The position numbers and the translations under genes were made by a program. This document shows positions 1 to 9,612 of a stretch of 64,000 bases of DNA, piece by piece. The stretch's first letter is position 1. Every line of letters begins with the position of its first letter. A model generated the notes under the pieces. It did no database searches. It was not told the origin of the DNA and saw only the letters and a list, made by a program, of their open reading frames with translations. This DNA is from Candidatus Bathyarchaeota archaeon (GTDB taxonomy: Archaea; Thermoproteota; Bathyarchaeia; Bathyarchaeales; Bathycorpusculaceae), in the NCBI GenBank assembly GCA_963775465.1, contig CAVZIW010000012.1:1-64000 (forward strand). Direction: 5' to 3'.

Positions 1-284
1 AAAAGGCTTATCGCAGCTATTTTCTGCGCATTATTCTCTGCCTGCATATACGTAAGTGCTGCCTTACGATACAACTGTAGGTGACAACTAACAATTGTGA
101 GAAGTGCATTTTTAACTTCCAAAACAAGAGGCTGCCACACTGGTTTAGTAGCGAAATCATGATAGATTGTACTCTTAGCACACCCATATTTCACACTTAA
201 TCTTTCAACTATTTCTTTACGAAAATACCCGTATCCTTCGTCCTTTAGTAATTCTAAGCGTCTTTCAAGGGTTTGCTGCTGCAT
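1..284 (-). CDS. HTH protein, possibly terminase small subunit-like (runs off window start)
   Basis: Manual translation from ATG at 284: MQQQTLERRLELLKDEGYGYFRKEIVERLSVKYGCAKSTIYHDF... HTH-like and open to position 1. Lies downstream of the ParB/ABC/GNAT cassette, where packaging genes often follow in tailed viruses. Confidence 0.4.
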   Translation of the reverse strand, partial: MQQQTLERRLELLKDEGYGYFRKEIVERLSVKYGCAKSTIYHDFATKPVWQPLVLEVKNALLTIVSCHLQLYRKAALTYMQAENNAQKIAAISL

Positions 285-322
285 TTGTGGTCACTTTTTC
301 TAAGGTTTTTGTAATTTTAGCT

Positions 323-838
323 CTACAAGATAAGTTTTGATGGGTTTAGTTGTGGTTGTTTACGAGTTTGAGGTTTGTACTTGAAGCTGAAAGTTAAGCG
401 GTTTTGGCTGCTACTGTTAATTAGGTTTTTTTCTCGTCGAAACCTGTTATTCTTGTTTACGCTATGTCCTGCTCTCTTCAGGATCCAGCAGGGGCTGTTG
501 CGTAAATGTATCAGCTGAGGATTACTGGAAACTATGAAAAAGTCCAGGCGAGTTTTTTCATAAAAGTATTGGGCTGCCCAAGTCAAGAGCCTTGTTCCAA
601 TGCCAACGCCCTGGTAATCTGGAAGAACCACAAGGCGGCTAACCCGCCAATACTTGTATTTGTACTGTGAACGCCCAATCGAGATGAATGCTACGGGTTT
701 GCTGTTGTAGAGCGCCACGTAGTGTTTGTTTGATGTTAGGATGTTTGTGTTTAGATAATGATATTGCCTAAAGAGGCACCAAAGACTCCGAGTGCACTCA
801 TAGATTTCAAGCTCAATTGGGGGTCGTGAACTTTTTTT
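323..838 (-). CDS. GNAT acetyltransferase, C-terminal part of a probable ABC-ATPase/GNAT frameshift fusion
   Basis: Acetyl-CoA motif RLVVLPDYQGVGIG. The frame is open upstream of GTG 718 to the A9 run (KKSSRPPIELEIYEC..W..FRQYHYL) with no start codon. Confidence 0.75.
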   Translation of the reverse strand, partial: KKSSRPPIELEIYECTRSLWCLFRQYHYLNTNILTSNKHYVALYNSKPVAFISIGRSQYKYKYWRVSRLVVLPDYQGVGIGTRLLTWAAQYFYEKTRLDFFIVSSNPQLIHLRNSPCWILKRAGHSVNKNNRFRREKNLINSSSQNRLTFSFKYKPQTRKQPQLNPSKLIL

Positions 839-1467
839 TTATCACGAAGCTGAAACTTCATTGTGTCGGTGTAGAGTACCCAGTCTGGTTCAAGCCAATC
901 TTCAACATCATAGTGGCATGTGACAGCAACAAACTGCTTGTTTGAACGCTTAATTGATTTACTGATTGCAAAGGACGCTATTTTTGCTATTTCTCGGTCA
1001 ACTACACTTGTGAACTCATCGAAAACTATGAGCTCTTTTCCAGTTATTGGGTTAATGGGCATCTTGGTGCAGAGTGCACGTGCGATGTCTACCCGCATTT
1101 TTTCGCCTTGACTTAGACAATCATAGCTTTTGAGCCAATCTGGCGGAGACGCAAAGCCAACGTTGCAGAGGGCTGTTGTTATTTCGTCAACTGTGTTTTC
1201 TTTAGGAAAATCGGCTAGGAAGTTCTTGTGTGTATACTCGAAGCTTCTGATGTAGGCGTCTGGGAACTTTTCTTTCGCTATACTTGTTTTTCCTGTTCCG
1301 GAGCGCCCAACAATTAACCCGATCTTCCAGTCAAGGCCTTCAATGGGGATCTCTCCGGTAAACTGTTTCTGAAGCTTAATGTCTTCAAGGGTGAAAGACG
1401 CTTTGACCGCTGCGGTCCTGAAATTTTCTTCTGGAACCCAGGACTTTACAATGTCAAAACTCGGCAT
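751..1467 (-). CDS. Soluble ABC-type ATPase (GNAT-associated)
   Basis: Walker A GRSGTGKT, signature LSQGEKMR, Walker B IVFDEF, H-loop VTCH; no permease nearby. Confidence 0.85.
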   Translation of the reverse strand: MPSFDIVKSWVPEENFRTAAVKASFTLEDIKLQKQFTGEIPIEGLDWKIGLIVGRSGTGKTSIAKEKFPDAYIRSFEYTHKNFLADFPKENTVDEITTALCNVGFASPPDWLKSYDCLSQGEKMRVDIARALCTKMPINPITGKELIVFDEFTSVVDREIAKIASFAISKSIKRSNKQFVAVTCHYDVEDWLEPDWVLYTDTMKFQLRDKKKVHDPQLSLKSMSALGVFGASLGNIII

Positions 1468-1993
1468 TTGTACCCTTCTGAAACTAGTTTAGTGTAGATT
1501 GCTTCCTGGTTGATTTCGTCTTCACATTCAACGACTACTTCAAACTGTTTTTCGTAGCCAATTGATTCTTCCTCTTTGAGGTACCCATCAAGTTTATCAT
1601 CAGACAAATCAAGCAGATACTTAAGGTCCTCTTCTTGCCTAGCTCTATTATTGTTTCAAATTCTTCTGCATCAAGTTCGCGGTCATGAGTTCCTTTGAGC
1701 TTGTTTAGAACTTGACGGATTAAGTGTCTATCAACTTCTTCGATTGGAAGCCTGATGATGAGGACATTTGGCATCGCGAGCTCTTTGGCTATGATCCATC
1801 TTTGCTCGCCATCCGCTATGAGCAGGTCTTTGTTTGTGATGATTGGCACAATAAAGCCAAATTTCTGTATTGAAGCTTTGAGGCGGTCATACTGTTCCCG
1901 CGACATCTTATTGGGGTTCTTGCCATCCACTTTAAGCGCAGAAGTTGCCACAACTTCCGGTTCAGGAATTAAAATCTCTAAAGTCAAGGTCAT
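1446..1993 (-). CDS. ParB/Srx N-terminal domain protein (one indel near 1635)
   Basis: NPNKM...SIQKFGFIVPII...IADGEQRW motif. After a frameshift it continues ...EKQFEVVVECEDEINQEAIYTKLVSEGYKCRVLTL*, overlapping the ABC ATPase start. Confidence 0.75.
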
Positions 1994-2307
1994 GCAAACC
2001 TTGTCAGAAGATAAGTTGTCAAAGCTGTGATAACAACAGAAACTGCGATGGGTTTAATCAGGTCCAGCCAACTCGCAGAAACCTTATTTTTCGCTTCCAA
2101 ATCATCGAGTTTCTGAAGCATCCGATGAATCACACCATCATTAAGCCCGGTTCCGTCTTTGCCTAAAAGCGAAATCAAGGCCTTATCAACCTGTTTCATG
2201 CAGGCAGTGTTAATGTTAATTTGAGTGACATAGGGGCAAGAGGGGTTTTTGTAGGCCTCAGAACAATCAGCGACATCAGCTTCACTCATTGAAATCGCTC
2301 CAACCAA
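1990..2307 (-). CDS. Small protein with coiled coil and C-terminal TM helix (virus-like)
   Basis: ORF track; hydrophobic C-terminus IKPIAVSVVITALTTYLL; overlaps the ParB start. Confidence 0.55.
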   Translation of the reverse strand: MVGAISMSEADVADCSEAYKNPSCPYVTQININTACMKQVDKALISLLGKDGTGLNDGVIHRMLQKLDDLEAKNKVSASWLDLIKPIAVSVVITALTTYLLTRFA

Positions 2308-2828
2308 AACCTCACCGTAATCATGATTCAGAACTTGAGATTGAAAAACAACTTCAGAAACATCAGGGATACTCTTTCAGCCAAAACTTCAGAAACAATT
2401 TTCTCTGTTTCCACAGTATGCACCGTTTCCGCCAAAAGCTTATCATGAAAACTGATACTTTAGAAACAGATCATTCGCATCGCTTCCTATTGTAACGTTT
2501 TTGCCTTTTTTCTGCGCTACGAAGATTGCCCCATAAAATCCTCTCTATTTTTGTTAATGTGCCCTGATACGCCGCTCTTTTTCTGCCCTGGTGGCAAGTA
2601 TAAGGGAGTTGAAAACTGTGATGTTGATCCTTTAATTTGAACGGTTAAAAGCTTTACGATTAAAGTTATAAACATCAATCACAGAGACACCAGACCCTCA
2701 ATAACCCCCGGGTAATAAAACGCTCACAAAAAACTAAACATGAAAAAACTGCAGAAAAGATCAAGAAGCGAATATGTTGAGCTGCATTTTGAGACCCTTT
2801 TCTTTGCTAAAGAATTAGAAAACTAAAC

Positions 2829-5800
2829 TTACTTATAGGTCCATTTACCGTTTAGTTCCTTGGGGGGGGGCAAACGTACTATGAAAGTGGTTCCTTTGCC
2901 TTCTTCACTCTCAAAGTGTACTGTTCCGCCTAAGTGCTTCAGTCATGCGTTTAATTACTGCTAAACCAAAGCCTTGACCTTTAGCTTTAGTTGTAAACAT
3001 TGGAGTAAACAGTTTTTCTTTAATCTTTTCAGGAATACCAACTCCAGTATCCTTGACAGTTATGACGATGTCCTTTGCTTCTTTGTAAGCGTGTATGATT
3101 AGTTTACCGCCTTTTGGCATGGCTTGAACAGCATTATTAACCAAATTTACCATAATACGGTTTATGAAAGTGGAGTCAGCTACAACTTTCCAGCAGCAGT
3201 TTCACTTTAATGCTTACTTTAACGTTTTCTGGCAAACCGTTCTTTTTCAACAACTCGTCGATTATGAGTTTTAAGTCGACTTCTTCGGCATTCGGGTTAA
3301 GCGGTCTGGAAAAATCTTGCAGGTCCGCAACAATCTTGTTAATGTAATCAACGTTCTTTTCAACTTCTGACAAGCTATCTAATGCACTTTTTTTCTCTTC
3401 GCTCTCAGGTGTCGAAGCCAATTCTGTTTTAGCAAATAAACATCGCTAGCTATAGCCTGCAAAGGATTGCGAATATCATGCCCAACCATACCTGCAGTCG
3501 CGCCAATAGCAGCTAAACGCTCAGAATCTTTAAGTTGTTTGGTGCGTTCTTCAACAAGATTCTCCAAGTTCTTGGAGTATTCATCAAGTGCCTTTTCAGC
3601 CTTTTTTCGTTTAGTAATATCTGTGAAAGATAAGAATGCTCCGTCAATTTTTTTGTCTTCAGTTAAATACGGTCGAACCCGCATTTCATAGCAACGGCCT
3701 TCCAAACCCTCAACTTCTCGACTAACAGGAGTTAACTTGTCGATTACATCAGTTATTGTCTTTTCCAAGTCTTCGATATGAACTCCTGGAGTAACATTGG
3801 CGATGGAGCCCCCAACATCGGATGGCGAAATTCTCAAAAGTTCTTGAGCTGCATGCAGTAAAACGCCTTATCTTCAGGCCACTGTCAACGATAACCACTG
3901 CGATGTCAATGTTCGTTTGCAGATTAGCCAAGTCATCATTCAGGCGACCAAGAGCCTGATTGCGGTTCTTAAGCTCCTCATTTAAAGTCTGCAATTCCTC
4001 GTTGCCAGACTGCAACTCTTCTTTTGCGGTTTCCAATTCTTCATTTGTGCTCTGCAACTCTTCATTGCTCGACTGAACCTCTTCCATAGACGACCGCAAC
4101 TCTTCATTGGTTGCCTCCTGCCCCTCAACAAGAGTCTGCAAAGACTGCTTAGTTGCCTCCAAATCCTCCCTTAAGCTCACGAATTTGACGATCCTTAAGA
4201 CTCTCTATTTCGCCAGGCGAAACTGGAGATTCAACTTCTTGAACTGAATGCATATCATTTGAACCTGTCTTCAGTAAACAACACAAAGTAGAAAGGTTCG
4301 TCATACTGCGGTGTTTCTAATGGCCTTATCTCTATGTTAACTGTTTTTGGTTGGCCTTTTTGTTTGAAACGAACCGTTTCTTTGAAGGCTTTCTTTTCTT
4401 TTTTTGCTCTATAAAGAGCAGTTTGAACTTGTGACCTCAACTCTTTTCGGATAATCTTTGTTACGTTAAAACTCGCCGCTCCTGATTCAGGCGAAAGATA
4501 TGGAGAAACATCTCCACGAAAAACCAGTATATCCAAGTTATTATTACCAACAAAGTCGCTGGACCATACTCTGTCGTTATTAGATGATCAACTTTCTCGC
4601 CCTAAAACAGTCAGTAGATCTGCTTTTTCAAGCGGTTTAACGGTGTTCTTTGAAGACTGTCGGAACAAAGTTTTCATTTAACAAAATTTGTGGCTGTGCT
4701 TGCTTCTTTCTGTAAATTAGACCTTTTGTGGTAATTGGTTCGAAGAGGTATTGGAATTTGCCAATACTTTCAGATTCACCCAGAACTAGAAAACCATTGG
4801 GCTTTAATCCATAATGGAATATCGGAAATACTCTTTCATGAAGAAGAGGGTCAAAATAGATGAGTACGTTTCGGCACATAATAAGGTCTAAGTTGGAGAA
4901 AGGCGGATCGTTTGTTATGTCTTGCTTTGCGAATATGCACATGTCTCGGATGAGTTTTGTTATTTGGTAATTTCCGTTTTGCCTATTGAAAAATCGTTTT
5001 AGTCTGTTTTCGGAAACGTTGTCTTCTATAGTTTTTGGATATATTCCTTGGCGAGCTTTCTCAATATTCTTTTCATTTGCATCAGTACCAAAAATTTGGA
5101 TCCGTATCTCAGGTATGATTTTTTCTTCTAGGAATTCTTGGATTGCAATGGCAAAAGAATAGACTTCTTCGCCTGTTGAACACCCTGGAACCCAAACACG
5201 AATGGACTCATTGGGTGACCTGTTTTTGATAAGTTCAGGAAAGACTTTTTCCTTCAGAGCCTCAAAGGTTTTTGGTTCTCTAAAGAAACTTGTGACGCCG
5301 ATGAGCAGGTCATCAAACAATGCTTGTAGGCTCGTTTGGGTGTGTTCGCAAATACTCGACGTATGCTTTCATGTTTTTGGTTTTGTTGATGACCATGCGG
5401 CGTGTGATGCGTCGGTTTATAGTTGTTTCTTTGTAGTGGGTGAAATCAACGCCGAAAGAAGTTTTGAGCACATGATGATTTTTCTCAAGTCAGATTCGGT
5501 TTTTTCTGTTTCTGATATTTTTGTTTTGGAAGGAAGTGATTTGAGGGTGTTTGGCGATTCTGACCAGTTCTTTTGCTATCATTTCTGGGGAAAGAACAAA
5601 ATCGGGGGTTTCGGCTGCTATGGCGTTTTTGGGCATGTCAGGATATTGCGCTGTGTCTGGGTCTTGTGCGAAGGTTATTCCGCCTTCAGCCTTGATTGCT
5701 TTTAGTCCTTCGGTTCCGTCATTGCCTGTTCCTGACATGACGATTCCGATTGCTTGGGTTTTTCGCTCTGAAGCTATGGAAATCATGAAGTCGTTGATGG

Positions 5801-6158
5801 GTTTAAGAGCTGAACCTTTGGGAACAAGCTTAAGGCAACCGTTCTTTAACGTCATAGTTGTTCCTGGAGCGATGACGTAAACGTTGTTTTTTTCAACTTT
5901 CATGCCATCTTTTACTTGTTGAACTTTCATTTTGGTTGATCTTGAAAGGATTTCTGGCAGCATGCTTTCTTGTCCAGTAGCTAAATGCTGGATAACAACA
6001 AATGACATACCCGTATCAAGGGCAAGTTTCTAGAAGTTTTCGTGATTGGGTCTAATCCGCCTGCAGAAGCGCCAATCCCAACAATTGGAAACTCCGAATT
6101 TTCGATCTTGAGTTTAGAAGAGTTTTGCAGATTTCAAACCGTTTTTCTTTGTAGCCAT
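2829..6158 (-). pseudogene. CheB-CheR-PAS-histidine kinase fusion broken by many frameshifts
   Basis: Consecutive fragments: CheB (GASAGG, QH, GTGNDG), CheR (VWVPGCSTGEE, CRNVLIYF), ELQSTNEELET coil, PAS, HisKA (GHDIRNPL), HATPase (NLVNNAVQAM, DTGVGI, FTTKAKGQGFGL). Could be an intact gene with sequencing indels. Confidence 0.85.
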
Positions 6159-6425
6159 TTGCAGACCCCCAACAATTATACTGACAATTCTTAGTCAAAT
6201 TCGTATTAAAGCCTATCTAAGACTTAACAATATTTAATTGATGACAGCCGACAGACCTTTGGGAAAGACTAACAGAACCGAACATTAACACAAAGTTGTG
6301 CGATTTATTTTAAGCTTAAGCACCAAATCCTTTGGCAACAACCAAGTGATCCCGCCTCAAAAACCGATTGTGGAATTTCCGGTCAACCTATCTTTGCAGG
6401 CAAGCATTCAATTAGTCTGTTCAAA

Positions 6426-6605
6426 TTATTCCCATTTTCCGCTACTTTGCTTAAACTGCATCTGAACCACACGGCAATCCTCACACCAAATCCTGCGCAT
6501 CTTCGAGACAGGACTATCATGGGTGTCTTTGGTGTAGTGCCGAGTTTCTTTCTTGCAGACAGGACACACTAACCATCCTGCAAAGTGCGCGTCAGCTTGA
6601 TTCAT
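6426..6605 (-). CDS. 59-aa zinc-finger protein
   Basis: Not in ORF track. MNQADAHFAGWLVCPVCKKETRH...IWCEDCRVVQMQFKQSSGKWE*; two CxxC motifs; ATGA overlap with the upstream stop. Confidence 0.65.
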   Translation of the reverse strand: MNQADAHFAGWLVCPVCKKETRHYTKDTHDSPVSKMRRIWCEDCRVVQMQFKQSSGKWE

Positions 6606-7615
6606 CTAACATAATCTCCAAGTTTCTTCTGGCCTTCAACAACCTCAACTGAGTCTGGTTCCTCCAAATCCGCTACTCTGCCCAGCATCATATCGGTTAA
6701 ACGCTCATTGGCAGCAGCCAAACGCTCAAACTGACCATACAAAGCATCCAGCTTAGCCTCCAAATTCGCCAACACCACAGGAAACTCTACAGCCGAAACC
6801 GCCAACCGTTTACCCGAATCATAGGCAACAGGAAAACCTGCAGCGCGAGCAGCCAAACGCTTATCACTATACTCCAAATGAGGCCTACCCGACAGCGGAT
6901 CCTTCTTGTCATGCGTGGGACTGTGATCTAAAGCGCCTACACCTTCAACCTCAACGGTCCCAGCTGAAATCCACTCATGACACTCAGGACGATAAATACG
7001 CCATCTCGGATTATGCAACGGTACTCCGTTCTCAGAGAGTTGCATGCCAAACTTCTGCTCCAAAACAACCCTGGTACGCTCAACAATCCGAGCAGCCTCC
7101 ATCTCCAACTCATCAACATTAAACCCCTTAACCTGCCCAGGATGAATAACAACTGTAGGCTCCAAACCCAAATTCAACTCCACCCGAACCACCCCAATCA
7201 AAACTCCAAGCTTTCGCCAATTCCGCGGCTCCCCCAATTTTTCCCAATCCACACGGCAACGCTCCCGACGCAAAACCACAAACTTCAAAGCATGATCCTC
7301 AAACACCACAGGCAAACGCAACTCACCGTCACTTCCAGTGAGAAGCTTTGAACCATAAGGCGTCAACTCATAGTATTTCACTATGCCATCCTGTTTTAGC
7401 CGCAGGGCGCCCGCTTGGATGAAGCGATCTTTCCAATAAGACACGTTACTTTTCACGCAATTTGCGATTTTGACTGCTTCACTAGCTACGCCATCAGCAC
7501 CTAAAACAGCAAGAATCTTCTGTGCCTTCTCCGGTAAAGGCTCTAAGAGTTCAAAACTCTTATTGAACCTTTGAACCGCTCCCTTTGAACTGGGTTCAAT
7601 GACACGATTCTTCAA
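6602..7615 (-). CDS. Winged-HTH protein with uncharacterised C-terminal domain, candidate replication initiator
   Basis: N-terminal wHTH (KSNVSYWKDRF...YYELTPYG), then HALKF, NW and DHSP motifs and a terminal coiled coil. Function is inferred from context. Confidence 0.5.
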   Translation of the reverse strand: MKNRVIEPSSKGAVQRFNKSFELLEPLPEKAQKILAVLGADGVASEAVKIANCVKSNVSYWKDRFIQAGALRLKQDGIVKYYELTPYGSKLLTGSDGELRLPVVFEDHALKFVVLRRERCRVDWEKLGEPRNWRKLGVLIGVVRVELNLGLEPTVVIHPGQVKGFNVDELEMEAARIVERTRVVLEQKFGMQLSENGVPLHNPRWRIYRPECHEWISAGTVEVEGVGALDHSPTHDKKDPLSGRPHLEYSDKRLAARAAGFPVAYDSGKRLAVSAVEFPVVLANLEAKLDALYGQFERLAAANERLTDMMLGRVADLEEPDSVEVVEGQKKLGDYVR

Positions 7616-7778
7616 CCAAAAAAATCATCCTACTACTGTGCCGCGGGTTTTCTACCTGGAAAAGCGCACGTTTTGTTATTTCTTCAAGTTCATGAAAATT
7701 GGCGCCAAAGTTGAGGGCTAAGCCAGCAAGAAACATTTGCATGTAGACGGTTGCAAGCTCAATTTCTCTTTGCTTCAT
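7596..7778 (-). CDS. Small hypothetical protein
   Basis: 60-aa ORF overlapping both neighbours in an operon-like way. Confidence 0.45.
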   Translation of the reverse strand: MKQREIELATVYMQMFLAGLALNFGANFHELEEITKRALFQVENPRHSSRMIFLVEESCH

Positions 7779-8263
7779 CGAGTAACCTCCGGTTCTTGGT
7801 CGATAATTATGGATGGTTTGGGCAGGGCATGCAAATGCTGAAGTTGATTAAGCATGGGAATAAGGTCCTTCACAGTTCGGGAATCGTCACCAGTGGCGAT
7901 GTAGGGCAAGAAAGCAACGGTTTTGGAGCTCTGAAGCAGATAGGCAGCTTCTAAGTGGGATTTGATGAACCAGAACATGACGCGCATGCTGATGTCCCAG
8001 TTTATGGATTCTGCTTTGGAGCGGGTTTTGCGATCCCATATCGCTGGCGCCTCAACCTTCGCTGAAAACTGCCTGGGCACCTCGTCGATCTTTTCAGCGA
8101 TTTTGAATTGGACAAAGACTTCGTTGTTGTCTGGATCCCAACGCCAGTAGGTGTCTTTGACTCCCCATTTAGCGAATAAACCATCAATCTCGCTTCTTGT
8201 GTAAAGTGCTTTCAGCTTGGTGGTTTTGTATGGTAAGTTAGGGTCATCACTATAAATTTTCAA
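7775..8263 (-). CDS. Hypothetical protein resembling conserved prophage proteins
   Basis: TRSEIDGLFAKWG...RVMFWFIKSHLEAA...FLPY pattern recalled from prophage hypotheticals; first gene of the element's operon. Confidence 0.55.
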   Translation of the reverse strand: MKIYSDDPNLPYKTTKLKALYTRSEIDGLFAKWGVKDTYWRWDPDNNEVFVQFKIAEKIDEVPRQFSAKVEAPAIWDRKTRSKAESINWDISMRVMFWFIKSHLEAAYLLQSSKTVAFLPYIATGDDSRTVKDLIPMLNQLQHLHALPKPSIIIDQEPEVTR

Positions 8264-8363
8264 AATTGTTCCTCCTTGAAGAGTTTAGAAAAATGTTACT
8301 AGAATGAAAAAAGGGAAGGAAGCTGCGAAGAAACCAATGGAGTGGCGATATCGCCCGCTGACT

Positions 8364-8391
8364 GTGGGTTCGAATCCCACCCCCTGCACCA
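8364..8391 (+). repeat. att site: 3' end of a tRNA (Leu-type), GTGGGTTCGAATCCCACCCCCTGCACCA
   Basis: Perfect T-arm, acceptor 3' strand and CCA. The required 5' half (GCAGGGG...) is absent upstream. Confidence 0.85.
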
Positions 8392-8679
8392 TATATAAAT
8401 AAACTCTAGGGGGTTTGTCCTGGCCCGACATAGGGAGTGCTTTTTGCCAAGTTTGCGTTTTCTAATATTTTTGCACCTTGAAATTCAGTAACATACTTAA
8501 AGCCAGCTTACCAGACTGCAAATTTCTTTTTCTCTTTTGGAACCTTTGAAATGTAGTTTGTTTCGCCTTGGAATTAGTGCTATGGGGAACAAAATGGCGA
8601 AGCCCGCAAAAAATTGCGGGCTCGGCAAGAGCAGAATATTTATTATCACAGAGCAGATGCCTATTAACGGAGAATTTTT

Positions 8680-9075
8680 ATGGATCATAAGAAAATAGCA
8701 ATTGACTTTTTAAGCCCCAGCCTAACGGGCAAATTCAGTGATGGTGTGAAGTATTTTTCGCCTGATTGCCAAACCCATAATCCTTACTTTTCCGGAAACA
8801 TTAAAACCCTGACTCAAGCGATGGACAAAGCAAACAAACAAGGAAAAGGCCAGTATCCGAACGCAGAGTTTACAATCAAACAAGCCATAGAGGAAGGAGA
8901 CACAGTTGCCGTGCACACCGAACTCTTAAATGACAAAACCAAGCCAGATCAAGGCGGCCTCAGGCAAGTGCATCTCTTCCGCTTCACTGGCAACAAGATA
9001 ATCGAGTACTGGGACATTACCCAACAGATAACGCCAGAGATGCCCAACGCGGCAGGTGCATTCTATTCAGGATAA
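8680..9075 (+). CDS. SnoaL-like / NTF2 family protein
   Basis: HNPYF, AIEEGDTVAVH, VHLFRFTGNKIIEYWD pattern. Confidence 0.85.
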   Translation: MDHKKIAIDFLSPSLTGKFSDGVKYFSPDCQTHNPYFSGNIKTLTQAMDKANKQGKGQYPNAEFTIKQAIEEGDTVAVHTELLNDKTKPDQGGLRQVHLFRFTGNKIIEYWDITQQITPEMPNAAGAFYSG

Positions 9076-9321
9076 ACAAAGGAAAAAACGTCGAGGTTTG
9101 ATTCTTCGACCGTTTGTGCAGTAAATGGAGCAAAGATCTTCCGCAAACGGAGGGGGTTATAGTAAAGAATGTTTGATTTTATTTTTTATAGTTTGTTGAA
9201 GAATAGTAAAATCGTCGAAGCCTTTCCTACTATACACCAGAAAACGGAAGATCTCGGTAGCTTTGCTGAATTATACGGTAACTATATACTTGATGCTACC
9301 ATTAAAAAAGGAGTGAAATAC

Positions 9322-9612
9322 ATGTCTGAAAAAGCTAGTGACGTTATTTTTGTTGGAAACAAACCCCCAATGAGCTATGTGCTCGCCATCATAACCGCAT
9401 TCTCTTCCGAAGGCCAAAAAGAAATCACCCTTAAAGCAAGAGGCCAAGCAATAACCACAGCAGTTGACTGTGCAGAAATCGCAAGAAACCGCTTCATCAA
9501 AGAACTTACTGTGAAGAACATAAAAATCGACACCGTCGAGATGCCGCCAAGAGAAGGCGAAAACAGGTCCCGAATGGTTTCCACGATGGAAATAACTCTC
9601 GCAAAGCCCTAA
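9322..9612 (+). CDS. albA: DNA/RNA-binding protein Alba (copy 1)
   Basis: IFVGNKPPMSYVLA, KARGQAITTAVD, VSTMEITL; GGAGTG ribosome-binding site before ATG 9322. Confidence 0.93.
   Translation: MSEKASDVIFVGNKPPMSYVLAIITAFSSEGQKEITLKARGQAITTAVDCAEIARNRFIKELTVKNIKIDTVEMPPREGENRSRMVSTMEITLAKP

Larger units (their letters stand above)
1..8391. mobile_element. Right end of an integrated element or provirus bounded by a tRNA-Leu-type att site
   Basis: Co-oriented minus-strand virus-like genes (ParB-N, ABC/GNAT, Zn finger, wHTH Rep-like, phage-type hypothetical) ending at an isolated tRNA 3' fragment. No integrase or capsid gene inside the window. Confidence 0.65.

Noticed and set aside
2289-2620. 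ORF 2289-2495 (+) or a minus-strand gene in this gap
   Set aside because: The plus ORF opposes the operon with no motif, and minus-strand frames are interrupted; no call can be supported.
3960-4130. 21-bp periodic repeats
   Set aside because: They encode the ELQS.NEEL heptad coil typical of CheB/CheR fusions.
8310-8391. Complete tRNA gene
   Set aside because: No 5' acceptor strand, D-arm or anticodon arm matches the 3' half; treated as an att fragment.
9169-9321. N-terminal extension of Alba in the ORF track
   Set aside because: The ribosome-binding site and the second copy place the start at 9322.
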